The notes below the pieces were generated by a model. That model did no database searches and had not been told where the DNA came from. It saw only the letters and a list, made by a program, of their open reading frames with translations. Of a stretch of DNA of 64,000 nt, positions 63,749 to 64,000 are shown piece after piece. The DNA comes from Podarcis vaucheri (Eukaryota). Within the stretch, counting starts at the first letter, position 1. The number at the start of each line of letters is the position of its first letter. Location of the stretch: the NCBI GenBank assembly GCA_965113315.1, contig OZ220372.1, one strand, 5' to 3'. Both the position numbers and the translations under genes were made by a program.

Positions 63749-64000
63749 ATAAGAATATAAGAATAGCCTGCTGGGTTGGGCCACAGGCCCATCTAGTACA
63801 GGACCCTGTTATCGCAGTGGCCAACCAAATGCCTGCGGGAAACCTGTGAGCATAACATGAGTACAAGAGCCCAGTCCCCTCCCATGGTTTTCAACAGTAG
63901 GCATTCATAAGCATTGCTGACTATAACTGTGGAGGTAGGGCATAGTCATCATGGTCTGTAGCCACTGATAGCCCTCTCCTCCATGAGTTTGTCTAATCCT
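63749..64000 (-). mobile_element. CR1 LINE 3' end
   Basis: aagaatataagaatagcctgctgg..ggcccatctagt..gccactgatagccctctcctccatga..tttgtctaatcc matches the recalled squamate CR1 3' end in reverse. Confidence 0.7.

Larger units (their letters stand above)
49030..64000 (+). other. ALX1: ALX1 transcription unit, 5' part (exon 1, intron 1 of 6.1 kb, exon 2, intron 2 >8.2 kb); TSS approximate
   Basis: Exons 1 and 2 identified. I saw no VWFQNRRAKWRK-coding exon before the window end. TSS inferred about 30 nt after the TATA box. Confidence 0.85.

Overview
Vertebrate genomic DNA from a squamate reptile. Sauria SINEs and a BovB/RTE LINE show this; lacertid lizard is my inference. The window covers the conserved LRRIQ1-ALX1 synteny block, both genes on the + strand. 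(1) The last coding exons of LRRIQ1 lie at 8896-9019, 12142-12202 and 16141-16261/16305. A phase-compatible distal terminal exon at 26501-26634, absent from the ORF track, offers a second C-terminus, with a poly(A) signal at about 27.7 kb. (2) ALX1 (CART1) paired-class homeobox gene: TATA at 49000, exon 1 CDS 49115-49337, exon 2 55441-55745. I found no exon 3 before 64000. A broad CpG-retaining domain (about 30.4-52.9 kb) with two strong CpG islands covers the intergenic region and the ALX1 5' end. The rest is intronic or intergenic DNA with SINE, LINE and DNA-transposon relics, including many copies of a ~90-bp palindromic MITE-like repeat, microsatellites, and several repeat-free motif-dense blocks that look like ALX1 enhancers. 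I found no prokaryote-type system such as CRISPR. Most ORFs in the track are non-coding or repeat-derived. Comparisons with human proteins are from memory and need alignment to confirm.
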